Shown here: in pieces, positions 25,191-39,229 of the stretch
Layout: the number at the start of each line of letters is the position of its first letter
Position numbering within the stretch: position 1 is the first letter of the stretch
From: Gnetum montanum
Lineage: Eukaryota > Plantae > Gnetophyta
Assembly (NCBI GenBank): GCA_015680685.1
Contig: MNCI01000967.1
Coordinates: forward strand, 639,452 to 703,451
Reading direction: 5' to 3'
Length of the DNA: 64,000 bases
Made by a program: the position numbers and the translations under genes
Notes under the pieces: model-generated
The model's input: the letters and a program-made list of their open reading frames with translations, nothing else
What the model was told of the DNA's origin: nothing
Databases searched by the model: none

Positions 25191-28100
25191 TGTTTTGCAT
25201 GCATATATGTGAATTCATGTGGACCCATTATCTACTTACTTTGTTTATGATTTATCTATGCTTTATGATATTGATCTATAATATATTCATGTTACTAAAT
25301 TGGTTTTATAATATTTTTAGATGTATTTTTATTCATGTATTAACTTTATGTGACTTGTAATATAGGTTCTTAGAGCTATTCATAGAGACTCATGGGTATG
25401 AAATTAGGTATATTTAACATATCTAAAGTATTGGTATGACTCTTTATTTATTCATTGATCCCTTCAATGTGTAATGATGATTTTGTACATTTTTATTAAA
25501 TGTTATTTGGATAAATGAATTGCAAGATATCTATGAAAGAAAGTTGTGTTCCACATTATTGTCAAGTTCATAAAGGTCTAACCCATAGGTACCCCTTAAG
25601 TAAGTGCTATGTTATACCCTATATGCCTAAACCTGTAACCTTATAAGTGTTTCATGAAGTTAGCTATTTTATTTTGATTGGTAAATGAAAAAAATGCAAT
25701 TGGATCAATGCTTGATTAAAATGTAACTCTTAGATCTTAGCTTGAGTATATATAAAGTGACCTAATTTTCTCATTATTTGTGCATTTGACACTTATTTTT
25801 TTCAAAACCTAAGATTATGTCATGTTATGAATGCATGTTAAATGTCAATAAGGGTATCCAATTTAGATATGGACCTTCCATTATTTTTTTGAATCCTTAT
25901 CAATTTTATTGTCTTTTTTCATTGGATCTAATTATAGCTAAAAATGCAAGGCTTTTACAATAGGCAATCTCATATGCATGAGGGTTTGTGCAATGAATCT
26001 TAAGAGTAAATTAGTGGAAATTTTCTTGAATTTTCATTAATTCAATCATGTAGGTTAATGACATGGATGAATGCTTACTTTTTTGCTTTGATCAATTCCC
26101 TATATTTGGTGTCTTTTTTGTATTTCTTCATTGTTGTACAAAGACCCTCCTTACAAAATTTTCACACATTTTTGCTCCTATTTAACATGAAAAGAGGGTT
26201 TCTATATCTATTTTATTTTTATTTCACATTCAATGTAAAGCTGAAATATTTTGGAATTTTCCCTTTCTATAGTTGATACATTTATTTTCAACATTTTTCT
26301 TAATTGCATTAAAACCTTCATTGACTCATGTAGCTTGTAGATATAGATTACCTTTTACCAATCCTGTATCCAAATAACAACATGTATCAGCAATCATATG
26401 CAACAAAATAAATAAACATCAAAATAGGCATTTATACATAAGCCATTAAATAATATGAAACAATTACTAAGTTCAAGCCCCAAAATAATAATATCAAATT
26501 CATGCACTTCCAAGTACAAAGATTTTAAAAAAATTCACATTAACATCTAAATATGATCCTACACATGTAGGTTACAACATAACTATAGTCAATAAAACAT
26601 TCAAATTTGAGCATCATAACTTTAATGCACAACTAACAAGAAATAAGAAATATAAATGCTTTAGGAATTTCGTACATTGATATGTTCACCAATCCCACCT
26701 GCAGAAAGAAGAGAATAGTAGTCTAAATACAACCAAAAAAACCACTTGCACCTCCTAATTAACTTGAAGAAGTTCCACAAAGTCATTCTCAATGCATAGG
26801 AATTTCATCCTACACTAAATATTAGTCATGCAACAAGCCATATAATTAGCATATATCATACACATGTTAGAGCATAAATCTAGCATAGAAAAGAAACTAA
26901 ATAAGAATACAAACAAATGTATGATTCACTAACTAAACTAATTCATCACCTCCATCACAACACATACAAGTAGTTACTTTAGTACATAGCACCCCTTTCT
27001 TAGTATGTCATATGTAAATCAAGTTATCATGTATACTTAACATATCATATTCTACCTACAAGTCCTTTTTTTTACATTCCCATGAGCCTATCTATTATAT
27101 TTCAAAAGAACATACAACTCTATCATAGCTTATGAGTTCAAATCAAACATATAACTCATGAAATCACTATTGATGCTAGTAGTTTGAGCAAATGCACAAT
27201 GATTATTCTTTTGAAGTTATGTTACAGTAGAGATCAAATTTGAAATCTCCCTCTCATTTAGGATGAAGCTTGACCTATAAAAGTAATGCTGCTACAACAT
27301 GATAGGGACAAATCAATCTACCAACTAATCACTCCCTTGATCATAGCTTTAAAACAATAACATAATAATGGTCTATCATTAGGTAATAATAAATAGAGTC
27401 CACCATAGCATCTAACTCTCACATCCAAACCTAACAACATTCAAGCATTAGAATAGAAAACATAGAATTAATTCAAATATGCATATTTAATTATAATGTT
27501 GATGGTGGATGATATGTTACATAGACACATACATACTAATTAACTTGATGAATGAACTATACCTAATTCTAATACATGTCCAAAACAAAAACCCATCTAA
27601 TCTAAGCAAAGATATAATCCTCAAGTTTGATCCCACATTCATGGCATTTAACATAATCACCCAATTGCATTACCATACCATAATTGACCTAAGTGACCCA
27701 TTTCTTACCAAGATTAAGCCACATGTACTAGACATATACTCATGTATCAAGATCCCTTCATTCATTCTATCTACATGAAATTACACCTTGGAGACATAAT
27801 TAAAGCATGCCAAGTGATTATCTACCCTCAAAGTAGATAAATAACTATCCAAATTTAGGTATACATGTATCTATTTTTTATCCTATTTGTTATAATGGCA
27901 TTTAGTCAAGACCCCATAGAGATATGTATGAAGTTATCATAATTCATTTTGCATATATTTCAATAATGATCCATATCACTAAACATCATTTAACACATAT
28001 CTAGATAAGCTTCAATGATCATACTGCTATTACAGCACAACACTATAGGCTCATCACACATTATATTTGCATTTAAGATCAAGTTCAATCTATATTAAAA

Positions 28101-28509
28101 TCATATTTTGAGGTTTGACATCAACCTATAGTGATTATCATATCAATATGATATCATCCTATAACCAAAATTGAATAGAATACAATCCAAAGTTACATGC
28201 ATAGAAAGAATATCATCATGACCTCATAGGTTAAATTAACACTTATTAATTCTATATTTCCATCAAATTAATAAGGAAAGACAAAACATAATGTCAACAT
28301 ATACCAAAAATATAACTCCATATTTTATGTTGCTTCCTAAACTTCATATCTTTCCCACAATAACTTAATCATGCTTATGATTTTACTACACAAATTTTTA
28401 TTCCATTTGATCAAATATTCTAGTAAGCTTTTTCTCAAATTTAATATTATCCTACAACTATAAATCTTACCACTTAATAATGTAATTACCATTTATACAT
28501 ACTTCTTGT

Positions 28510-31500
28510 CATATCCCCACTCCCAAATGATGTTGCTACCTAATGAAGATGGTGTCTCTTCATAATAAGTGTTATTGTCATCTTAACAAGACTCAAAAGG
28601 GTAGTTGTGATTAAGACCTGAAAGGGCATGTTGTAATAACAGATGTGTCTCTTGGGGTAACCTTTGGGGGTTTGACCAAAGGCATTTATACTCGAGGTTA
28701 GAGGTCATGCCAACATGGAGTGGCGGAGTCGATATAGGCAAGTCATGGGAAGTCAAGTGAAGCAGGATAGGAAGTGGACTGGCCATCCCTTTTGGTTGGG
28801 TTATAGGCCTAACCGTGGTGATAGTGTTGGATTGCCTCTAAGGGATAGATGCCAAAGAAAGAAAATCATTATCTACTTGGCCACTATTTTGGAGTTAAGT
28901 GACTCAATATCTTTATACTTAGATATGGCTTCTTAAAGTGCTTGTGCATAGGTCTTAGTGCTCAAGACCCTAAGTATGGTACTTACATAATGGATACTAG
29001 TCTCAAAGTATTTGGTGTTCACTTCTCTACTAGTTATAGTTAAGAGTATATAAAATCACATTCAAGGCTTCACATTCCAAGTCATAAATCATCATCTTGC
29101 TTCCTTAAATACCTTGGCCACTTTTCTTAATTCTTGGTATTTTTTCATCCCATAGGCTAGGTTTTTTGCTACATTCCTCTAATTTTGGTAGCTATATTGA
29201 ACCACTTCAAGCTCAAAATTTTCAATGTGTAATTTTTGTTCCACATCCTTTCTATTTATAAACTCTTTCTCACATAATGCATAGGTCATGGTTACTTATT
29301 ACTCTAATTCATTTCAAGGTCTACCTATTGTAAGGAAGCCTAGATTAGCACATCAAATATTTGCTAATCCCATGTATTCTAAGGCCTTCAATCTGCATGT
29401 CTTTGTTTTTCACTTCAGCATGATGGACGTGAAAAAGACCATCCAAGATTGGCTAACAATCAAGTGTTTACATTGTAATTGAGCTAATTTTAGCCTTAGC
29501 CATACACATTTCTTTTTCATTGATATATTTAAACATTTCCAATTGGTCCCTAAATTGTTCATTAACTCTTTCATGCTTCTTGACCTCGTTTTTTCACATG
29601 CTATTCTCAATTGATGACTCCTAGTGAATTGCCTGAACTTCCTCCATTAATAAGGTTCTATTTTCTTTGGCCAACTTCCACATGTCTTACTTGACTCTGG
29701 AGGATTATTATCTCAATTAACGGATGCTTTATTTGAGAACATTCTTTTTCTTTTCTATTTCCATCAGCCTCATGTTCTCTACAACAATCTTTTTATTTTA
29801 TTCTTTAAGGGTAGTTAATACTTTGATGTGAGCATATGTATGTACTTCCACCATAGAGGTGTCCCACATTGCTTTTTCCTTTTCCATATCAACTTGAATG
29901 TATCTAGCTATGAGTTGGGTTACTTATTTGGGTTTGAATTTGTCCAACTAGTCTAGGGCTATATATTGTGCATAGTCTTTCTTTTCTATTCTTAATGCTA
30001 TGAATTCAACTTGCAACCTATGCACCTCATTCTTTGCATGTTTAGCTCTACTTTCATCCATTATTAGCTTGTCCCTTATTGAAATTAGATCTGATTATAC
30101 TATAGTGATATCATTGGGAATATTAAAAATATTTTGCATTACATGTCCTATCTGCAACAATAGATCAAGGATATCTTGGCATTCTTGTGGGTCATAGAGG
30201 TTTCAACTATGATTTCTACATCTTTGGATCCTATAATACATACTGGTGGAACCATGGGAACATTAAAGAATTCATTAATATAATTAGTAATCAATTCAGC
30301 TACCCCTACTGCATCCTGGTGTTGCATTATCATAACTGTCACTTCTTCTTCTATCTCTAGCATGACCTAGAAAGATGCAATGTTCCTTCAGATTTGCTAT
30401 GCACAATCCTCATCTTCTCTTGCCTATAAGAATATTTGACCATTAGTAGGTCCTATTGATACTATATGCATTACAAAATTGTCTCTTACTCTATACATTA
30501 TAAAACCTTCCCCATTTCCCCAACTTATGGTTTGAAATGAGGAACTAGCTGCTGCTTAAGGCATGTAAGAATTTGAATCCATTCATGAAGTAGTGGGTTG
30601 ATGATCTTCTAGCACATAGTAGTAAGAGGAAGCATGGACTAAAGTATTCCCTAGAGAGATTAGACATTGAACATAGTATCCATAGGGATTAAGTTGTCTA
30701 TATGGATACTATTGCCTTGGCAGTGGCATTTCCCACACTTGTGATTGTTGCAATTGCTGCTAGTAATTATTTCTATGGTTGAGGGTATGCCCCACTTGGA
30801 TAGTATGCTTATTAATAGGCTTTTCTAAAATTACCTTGTAAATAAGGTAATCTTTTGGGCATTTTTTTCTTAATAAATTTTGGATTAAGTACATATGCCC
30901 TAGACTCTTGTAAGTGGGCCATAACAAGGAAAAATTCCTTAGGATGTTCATATTTGCACACTTTACATCCTTTATTGTCTTCTAAACTAGATTTTTTTAC
31001 TTCCTCTATTGTAGTAATCTTTCCTTTATTTTTGTATTGTTGTCATCCATTATCTCTTCTCTTTTTCTTGTCTTTTCTTTGGTGTAGGACTTGTTAAATC
31101 TTCTCTTCTACTATCTTCAATGCTATAGTAAATTTCTCATCTACAGAATCCCACATTTTCTCTACCTTAGTTTCTATGTCATTAACTAATTTCTGAATAG
31201 GTAGAGTCTTTTGTTGAATTGTATCCTTTAAAACTTCCTCTTCTTGTGATTCACATATTCTTACATTCCTTTTTTTGATGGTGGGATCTCTATTGTATTC
31301 TTTGGCTAATTCTCTTTATCTTAACTCTCCTTTTTCTTTTGCCACTTGGTCAATGAGTCTTTGAATGTGATGAGCTATCATCTTAGATAACCTACCTTGG
31401 ACATATACCCCAAGGATTTCTCTTATCTTATTCTGTAGCCCATTAACAATGTGTCATAGTTACTCCTTATGAGAAAATTTGTGGCCCAGGTACCTATGTA

Positions 31501-33190
31501 ATAGTCAATAATGTGCCCATTGTTGCATCAGGGGATTCGTGTGTCCCTTGCTTTCATCATTTAATCTATTTTCTTAAATTAGGTACTTTGGAATAAGTTT
31601 GATATATGGTCTTGAATAGCTCTAGCATGATACTCCATCTTCAAATAGATTCAGATTCCAAGGATTTGTACTAGCTTTGTGCTTCCTTTATGAGTGTTCT
31701 AAAAAATAACTTTAGTTTCTATCAATCATTTTTAATGTTTTTTAGGGCATAGGCATCGTGAAAGGCTTGAAGATGGTGCTATGAATCTACATTGTATTTT
31801 CCTTCAAATTTGGAAATGTTATTCATATCTAGTCTCTTGATGTGATTGTCCCTTATGTGCTTGGTAAGAATATATACTACTTCTTTAATATTAATCATGT
31901 TTCAAGTCATTAGTAGGGGTTCTTCATAATTTTTATGTTTGTGAGCTTTGGTGTAGCAATGATTCCTTCGATGCTCATAATGCTCTCTCTCTCTTCATAT
32001 CTGTTTCTTTCTCCTCTCCTCTCATAATATGGATCAATGTGAGCATGGGAAATTCTAGTTTGCATGGGCATAGTCTAGTCTTCTTAAGTATATTCCCTAT
32101 CATGAATCTTATGAATTTTATTAGCAAGTGGTGATTTCTCTTTATTTGTAGAAGTCATATTAGATGTTTAATGTCTTAAGTGTGTGTACTTTTGAAAAAA
32201 AAATTTAAGCATAAAATATTTGCTTAATTACACTTAACATAATGAACTTTGTAAAATCAACTACTTAGTGAACATTGACACGTCCCTACTAATAGTGCTA
32301 ACCATGAGTGATTGAATATTCCAACACTCCACCATAAAAGTCATGAGTGCACATGTGTGACTTGATCATAATCTATGGATGGCCAATGTAAATTCATTAG
32401 TAGGTAAGGTTCAACTCATGATTGTTATCTTCTCACTTCAAGTTAGTGAGTGCAAGTTGTATGGTTTAACTCTTGGTAAGGCATATGATATATTAATGTT
32501 GTTCTTTCAAACTACAACTAAGTGTGAACATGATTGAAATAGAATAACAGAATCTAAGTCTAAGTGTAATGCAAGTAAAGAAACTATTCTAGCCTATAAG
32601 CAATAAGTATTCATTCTTGGTTTACCATTCATGTCTTGGGCTTATACAATCATCACTGGGATTACCAAGTATTATGTTATTGGGATTATCAAGTATTATG
32701 TTACTAGGAAAATCAAGTAATAACACTACTGGGATTACCAAATGATTATACTTATACATTCAAAACTAATTGTACTTATACTATCATACTAATGAATCAT
32801 AGAAAAGTAAATTACTTAGAAATTATAAATGAATTAATCAAAGTAAACATATTGAATTATAAAAATGAGCTAAGTAAAAACAAGGTAAACTAAGTAGAAT
32901 ACTTCAATTGTGAAAAACAATCTTGATCTTTATTTCCAGCCATGAATTATGCCTGGGAAAAATACACTTGAACAATGATTCTATATACTTGCTTAACACC
33001 ACACTGTCAGCATTCACTATATTGCCAAGAGTAGATCAATAAAACAAACTGCAAGAATCTACTTAAGTGTTTAACCAAAGTTGTTCATTTGATACAATGG
33101 TGGATTGGTATATATAGTGAAGACTAGGACCCACTACATCATATCTACGATGATGTAAGAAGAGCTATGATATCATAGATATGACATTGC
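28510..33190 (-). mobile_element. Non-autonomous Athila-related derivative (gag without pol), element 3
   Basis: Minus-strand KRLDMNNISKFEGKYNVDS*HHLQAFHDA (~31750-31850) and TKVEKMWDSVDEKF (~31130-31175) are homologous to element 1 gag; LTR-like TGGGATTACCAAG repeats at 32655-32745; PPT-like TGGGGATA at ~28512; no RT/INT motifs. Boundaries are approximate. Confidence 0.65.
32655..32745. repeat. ~24-bp tandem repeat x4 in LTR-like sequence
   Basis: ACTGGGATTACCAAGTATTATGTT and variants at 32655, 32679, 32703 and 32728. Confidence 0.85.
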
Positions 33191-33439
33191 ATCTTTAACA
33201 AGAATTGATTTTATCAACTATTAACGAATTTTAACATACATGGGATAAACCAAAAGTTTTAAATTTGAAAGTATTATGATTTTGACATTATGTTTTGTCA
33301 TTACTATACTTTAATGGATGCATTTATTTATGATAGAATTATTATTTTTTATTGTAGCTTTAATCTTATTACATGAAAATTTAAACTATTACTTAGACAA
33401 TGACTAACTTTATGAATATTATAACATTAATTTTAATAT

Positions 33440-34320
33440 TCATGACTGGCAGGTAGTCCCTATGCCCAACCATAAAAATCACAAGCATTCACATGGGATA
33501 TTTGGTCAAATTCTGTGAACTTATTTACCTAAGTGGTAGATATTCCTTAATAGTGAATTATGTAGTTGGAAATCATTGTCTTTTCAATCCACACTTTTGT
33601 TAATCTATGCCTATAGTTAAGTGTGGTTGAGGCATAAGATATTTATTTTTATAGTTTTTATTATTTTATATTCTACTTGCTAAATGTTGAAATGAATAAA
33701 TATTTAATAATCAAATTAACTAGTTGATTATTTCATTAACTAACTACCCTAATGTAAATTATCCATTTCCACTTACTATACACATCCTAAACTTATACTA
33801 ATGTTGTTGGGTTACCAAGTGTATACTACTAGGCTCACCAAGTATCCACTATTTATATTACCAAGCGTTAATATCTTATGCTCAAAGTGGTCATATTTAC
33901 ATTGCTTATGAACATGAGTATTAATTACTTAAGAATAAGAATAGAAATGGCACATAAAGTGTTGAAAAGTAGAATTATGCTAGTCTAAGTGCTACAATGG
34001 ATATAGGAAATCTTGATTATATTGTCATCCATAAAAATATGTCTAGGTGCATGTGTAGTTAAATAAAATTTCATACAATCTCTTAAATCCACACTATGGG
34101 CACTTAAAAGGAAAATATTATAAATTTCGTAGAAGAAAAATGTAAGAATTTGGCTAAGCCTATGATCGAAAGGTGTTATCAATATGAGGGGTGTGCCTAC
34201 TTATATAGTAAATGATTGTGTCAACATTGACGTACCTACATTAGCACATCATAGCATGTGTCAACAAGGATATGTCAACAGGGCTATGTCAGCACAGCCT
34301 ATCTTATTGACGGTTTATCA
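33440..34320 (-). repeat. 3' LTR of element 2
   Basis: Similar to 50971-51840; adjacent PPT (TACACCCCA on +) at 34321-34329. Confidence 0.9.
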
Positions 34321-36049
34321 TACACCCCATGACCAATTGAAAACTCATCCTAAAGTGGACAAAATTGGGATTGAGTTTCTTACAAAATTTAGAGAAGTGT
34401 AAAGCTTTATTGACAAACAAACAAACTAACTAAATCTAACTAACTCTGAGTATCAAATTGTACAACATCACCAAAATGAGTGTCATTTTACAATAAAATT
34501 GGATACTTAGATAAAAAATTTTAGCAAGTGCCTGTTGAATAGATAGAGACATGATGAATTCTCATATAGTACCTGGAGGTGGAGGCTCCTATGGCTTGAA
34601 TGATCCGTCATCACATCATGGTGTAGCTGAAGGCTAAGGCTACCCTACTTCAATCACAAACATAGCTCATCCCTTTATCATCTATGACCACAAACATAAC
34701 TCACGATTAGCTTTTTAGTTCATAACTTTTAGCCATCAAATACCTTTCTTTACTAGATCAGGTTATGTTAATTTATTAGATGTTAAGATTTTATCATTTA
34801 TGTGCTTGTTTATGATCATAGGCTAGGTGTATTATTTTAATATTATTATATTTCTAGCTATTAGAGTTTGTTTGTTGACCTTAACCCTTTATAATAATTA
34901 ATTTCATATTATTTTAATGGGTTATTCATGCAAAGCTAGAAAAATTTTGAAAAAGTTTCTATAAAAAAACCAAAGGTTTGTGTCTCCCATGATGTAAAGC
35001 ATACCCCCATTAGCTCAAGAACAAAAAAATGAGTGAAATTAGGTAAGTAGGTTAGAAGTTAGTATGCTTAGAAGGTTCTTTGGCTTTGAAAAATTGCAAA
35101 AATTCCTCTAGAACTTTGGGAAAATGATAAAAAATGAGCTAAGTATCACACACACATATAGCCTTTTTATACTACATCAACTCATCACACTGCATTAATA
35201 GGGATGTGTTGACGTAGCTATTCATGGCTATCTTTTACATTTAGAATTAGAGAAATTTCATGTGAATTTTTGAATGTAACAAAAGATAAATGAAAGCCAA
35301 AGAGATGCATAATGATGGCAACAACATGAAAGAGGGTAGGTTTAGACTAGGAGAAATAATTCAAGTGGATTTGCATGACTTTGGTGAGGATGTTATGATG
35401 CTGAGAAGAGCAAAAATAGATGTTATAATGCTATTGAGATGATTGATTAAGTAGGCAACCCATGAAAGGGAATTTAACTTAAGGTAGACCAAATGAATGC
35501 GAGTGGATCCTTACCAATGCAAGCATATGCCTATTATGCCCTTGCATACCTTCATCACAAAGAGTTTGTGGGTCCCAAGGATAATGAATGGGCAAGTTAA
35601 GTTAAATTTCATACCCATGAAAGTAATTGTCCCAGGGTTATGCTATTTAGAAACAAAACTAAACAATTTGTTATGGTATGAGGTAGTGAGGTGGTAGAAC
35701 ATAATATGAATGAAAGATAGACAAAGTGTGAGATAGAATAGGGGAGAGATAATTGACATCCTAGTCACATGATGTTCATAGTAAAAATTATGATTAATAT
35801 GATCTTAGACTAGTCCATTCCAAGTCTAATCCAAGTCCATTCCACTTTTAGTGGCCTCACATTGACATATGTCCTCTATACATCAATCAAAATTTTAGGA
35901 CAATCCCTAAAGAATAACCATCACTCATAGAGAAGAAGAAAAGAGAAGAATAAAGTAGAGATGGTCTTAGTTAGAGGGATGTCTTCATGCATAGTTGTTG
36001 TATGTTAACTAAAAATATTTTTGAGGGCTCAATGGATAGTAAATTATCA

Positions 36050-38944
36050 TAGCTCTAAAAGGAAAAGTTAAATGAATGATGTAAGGTCCTTCCTATAACA
36101 TTTGAAACTTAGTGCATTGTGGCACATGCATAGGATTCTAGAAAAGAACCTTATCACCAAGTTGAAAATGAACTCTCCTTCTCTGTGCAGCATGTCATTA
36201 CTTACTATGCGACTTATGTACTCCATTCATCATCAAGGCTATTTGTTGATTTTTATCTACCACATTTTAGTTTAGATTAACGTCTAGGCTAAGCTCATAG
36301 ACCATTTTGAGTGTACGGAGTTCAACTTGCATTGGAAGTTTTGGAAACTTTTTGTACACTAACTCATAGGAAGAGTAACATATAGGAAGATCCCAAGTGG
36401 AATGATATACTGAGAGCACATCATTAAGTTTTGCGCTCTAGTCCTTTCTATATCTACTGATAGTTCATGCTAGAATTCTAGTAATCTCCCTATTGGTGAT
36501 CTCAGCTTAACCATTAGCTTGGAATGATAGGGAGTTATAAGTTGATGTTTCACCCCCAAGCATTGCATTAATTTCCAAAAAGTAGATCCTACAAAATATG
36601 TGCCACTATCTAAAATGAGTACTCTATGCATACCAATCCTATTTACCATCTATTGTTGTACAAACCAAGTTACAATGGTAGATGTACAATTTGATATAGC
36701 TATACCTTCAACCCACTTGATGTAGTATTTAATGGAAACTCTTATGTATACCTTCCCATTCAACATGGAATTTATTGAACCCATGAAGTCAATGCCCCAA
36801 AGGTCAAAAGGCTCTAGTGGTTGGATCCAGTGTTAGGATTCTTCAATTCATATAGTCATTTCTTCATCTCTTTGACATTGCTCACATGGATGGGAGAAAT
36901 GGTAAGCACCCTTAAAGATTGTTGGCCAAAAGCATCCTGCCATGAGCATCTTTATAGTCATTCTTCTTCTTACATAATAGCCCCTTCAAGAACCCCTTTG
37001 AGCATCCTAGATGAATCTTAACTAATTAGCATCACTTACACATCATTAAACTAGGCCATTAGCACAAACCTTGTAAAGGTTACCTTGGATTTCCATGCAA
37101 TGTTTAACCTGGTATTGCTTCTTCTTATTGTCCCAGTCTATTGGAGTCTCCTAAGTAAGAAGATAGCAGCAAAATTCATGATGCCAATTGGTAACCATGG
37201 GTTCTTGAACTTTGATGAATTTAGCAAAGGAGAGTTCCTCTAGAAATTGATCAAATAAGTGCTCCTCATCCTTCTTGCTATGCCATTGTAACTAAGACAA
37301 CAATGATCAATGACTATGTTCTTGATTACTTTCCCATATACCATGGTAAGATAAAATTCATGTAAAATAACTAGTGATTGTATGACACAAGGGCTCACCA
37401 TTGACTTATTCATTAGGAAATGGATGGTACTATGGTCAGTGTGCATAAAAATTTGATATCCAAGCACACAGTGCCTAAATTTTTTCAAGGCATACATCAC
37501 TGCCATGAGCTCCTTCTCAATGGTGGTGTAGTTTACTTGTGCACCCCAAATGCTTCTACTTGCAAAATGGATATAGTAAAGGCATTTTTAGTTATCCAAT
37601 TATGTAAGTACCATCTCCAATGCATAGTTAGATGCATCCATTATTATGTGGAATGGTCTATACAAATCTAGAGAACATAAAATTAGAGTTTCTATGAGCT
37701 TTTCTTTAGTTACTAGAATGCTTGTTCACATTCCTTGGTCCATTAGAAAGTTGCATGATTCCTGTAAGCTCAACCAATGATTTAGCAATTTTGGAGAAAT
37801 TCTCTATGAAGCAGCTGTAGTAACTAGTATGTCCAAGAAATGACCTCACATCTTTTATAGTTTGAGGTTGTCTAGTAATTCCTTGGATGACCCATCCTTT
37901 CTTTGGTTCCACCTTAATCCATCTTCCCTAAAATTTGGTGCTCCAAGACTATGTTCTCTTGAATCATCAAATGGCCTTTTTTTTTCAATTGAGTTGTAAT
38001 TTTGTCTCCACATAGTGCTTTAGCACTTTCTCTAAACAGTCCAGGGCTTATTCAAAGTTGGTATCATAGGTGAAGATGTTATCCATGAAGACGTCCACTT
38101 CACTATCGATTTGCTATTGAAAATGATGAGTACTAGGCATTGGAAAGTTGCAGGGGCATTGCAAAGTTCAAGGGGCATCTTGATATATGTAAAAGTGCCC
38201 CATGGACTTATGAAAGTTTTTTTGGCCTAGTCTTCTAGCACTATTTGAATTTTGTTATACCACTATAACCATCCAGAAAATTGTAGTAGTTGTGCCTTGC
38301 AATCATATCTAGAGCCTGACCCACAAATGGAAATGGAAGATATTTAAATGTTTCCATATTCAACAACCTGAAGTCTATACAAACTCTTCATTTTCCTTCA
38401 TTCTTTAATAGTATCACAAGTGGGCTCACCCACTCACTATTTTCTATAGGATAAATGAATCTTGCATTAAGATTTTGTTCCACTTCATTCTTAATAACTT
38501 GCTTAAGCTTCAAATTTAGTCTTCTCTACGACTACCTCCTTGGTTTGATAGAGATGTTTGTATAGATTTGATACTAGCATATTTGCAAATATATTCATGT
38601 TAACTCATAATATAACCATGCAAAGGTTGCTGACCACTTGTTCATCACTTGTAGAAATTTCATTTTTTGTTCTCAAGAGAGATTGACATTGACAATTACT
38701 GACTTATCATTATCAAGAAAAGCATATTCTAATGTTACTAGTAAAGCCTTAAGTTTAAGGTGCTCCTACCTAAAATCATCAAGGATTTCCAACATCCCAA
38801 AATCCATTTTTACATTTTTGTGGAAGAGTTGGTTATGAATCTACTATATTCCATCCATGTTGTTTATGTAAACACTTATGAGGAGCTCCATCGGTTCAAT
38901 GCATGTTATTGATCTAAAGTTATTTTCTAATATGAGCCACTGGT
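36050..38944 (-). pseudogene. pol: pol (RT, RNase H, integrase) of element 2
   Basis: Minus strand: FDLWGIDFMG, YALKKFRHCVLG..HTDHS, TIKDVRSFLGHTSYY, FMDN, RVCIDFRLLN, FQMLxEGPY. Confidence 0.92.
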
Positions 38945-39229
38945 TACCTTCCTATTATGTGGGGGGGGGGTGGTGGTGTCAGACCCCAAAAAGAAGTTCT
39001 ATTGATATTAACAGTGTATCAGTTACAGTAACCTAAACAAGTCATAGGGTTAAGGGGAAGGGGGAAGCTGAGAGCACTATGCATGAAACTCAGGACCAGC
39101 CTTATAAATAAACAAGTATTAAGGGAGGAAACCCGAATTGGGGCACCACCAAATGTCCACCCATGCTGACTCATTACAAGATAGAAGGACATAGAATTAG
39201 AGAAAAAAAATAACTCTCAATTAAGGATT

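Noticed and set aside
22400-28500. Short ORFs (60-90 aa) as host genes
   Set aside because: F/L/I-rich chance ORFs from very AT-rich decayed repeats, with no recognisable domains.
28507-33186. 9-bp terminal inverted repeat TGTCATATC/GATATGACA
   Set aside because: No matching TSD, and the interior is retrotransposon gag; probably chance or LTR-terminal similarity.
34552-35187. Solo LTR with TGATGA..TCATCA ends inside element 2
   Set aside because: Flanks AGACA and CACTG do not match as a TSD, and there is no second copy in the window.
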